From Eledone cirrhosa (Eukaryota), in NCBI GenBank assembly GCA_964016885.1, contig OZ024745.1:80538001-80602000 (forward strand): a DNA stretch of 64,000 nt, in the 5' to 3' direction. The notes beneath the pieces were generated by a model that did no database searches, was not told where the DNA came from, and worked only from the letters and a program-made list of their open reading frames with translations. This document shows, piece by piece, positions 63,069 to 64,000 of the stretch. Both the position numbers and the translations under genes were made by a program. Positions within the stretch are counted from its first letter, which is position 1, and every line of letters starts with the position of its first letter.

Positions 63069-63581
63069 TTGTGGTGTTTGATATTTATTACAAGTGATCT
63101 TATAAATGTTATTCACTTGTAAAGTAAGTTTAATACAAAGCTACATTTATCTAGTATAAGGTGTAATTGAGTCTGGGGAATCTAGGTAAGTGAGGGTGGT
63201 GTGGATGTATGACTGAAGTAGAGGATAATAGTAACAAAGCTTTACTAGAATAAGGTCTTAGAAAATTGAGGTGACTGATGAAAGTATGGGGAATTTGTTG
63301 TATATTCTCTGCCCAATGTAGATGTAATGGTTGGGGGGTAATATAGAAATATTTCCTGACTTACATGATTTGTCAAGAGACGGTTGAAAAAAAAACCAAA
63401 CTCTAAAATGATGAAAAACGATGCTATTGATTTTCATTAATTGTATATCTTCAATTTTATTTTTATTGTAATGCTTGAGAATACTTGTAATTTGTGTTAA
63501 AATGATCAGTTCAGTAAAGGGTTGTCCAGTTGGTGCTGAGAAAAGAGTATTCAGATCCAGAGCTAATTTTGTTTGTGTTTA

Positions 63582-63777
63582 GGCAAGTGGATTGGCAAAA
63601 TATCAGACAAAATAATTTGTGATATTTATTAGTTCTGTGTTCAAATACCACCTAGGTCAACTTTTCCTTTTAACCTTCCCAGGTCACTAAAGATAAAATA
63701 TTGGGGATTGATATAATCAATTCTTCCCATCCCCACAAATTTCTGGCTTTTTGTCTCTGTTAGAAGAAATTATTATT
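63582..63777 (+). mobile_element. Degenerate tRNA-derived SINE
   Basis: gtggattggcaaaa...tgtgttcaaataccacctaggtcaacttttccttt...ggggattgatataatcaa...tattatt parallels 57481-57700. Confidence 0.7.
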
Positions 63778-64000
63778 TTTGTTTCATGTCTCTATATTTC
63801 TGTGGTTGCATGAGTGGAATAGGTTTTGAAGAAATTGTATTCATAGTTGGATCTTTTTCTGTTGTTATAAACACTTCTATTTGTGAAGTAGGAATTTAAA
63901 TTTGTTTGTCAGGCAGACTGAAGAAAGCAGAGTTATGTACATTGCTGAATGATATACATTGTGACTCTAATAAGATTTGACCTAATGGCCATATGGTTCA

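Overview
AT-rich eukaryotic genomic DNA, most likely an octopod cephalopod, judged from recalled similarity of its tRNA-derived SINEs to Octopus repeats. The window holds six consecutive + strand coding exons of a CLEC16A orthologue (342-392, 1091-1219, 2163-2283, 4091-4133, 5969-6077, 55098-55383 or read-through to 55451), with GT-AG boundaries that splice in frame. The 49-kb intron 6078-55097 is almost entirely one uninterrupted ~48-kb tandem array of a 34-bp unit (about 1,400+ copies). The array has two binary variant positions, 32-bp and 20-bp length variants, regional domains, nested higher-order duplications and diverged ancestral-type edges. The intron before the fifth exon contains a probable Penelope-like/retrozyme-like fragment with two minimal type I hammerhead ribozyme motifs on the - strand and a 104-bp near-perfect inverted repeat. 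The rest is decayed SINEs, RTE LINE and Tc1/mariner remnants, microsatellites and small tandem amplifications. Almost all ORFs in the supplied track are spurious. Family assignments rest on recalled motifs, not on database searches.
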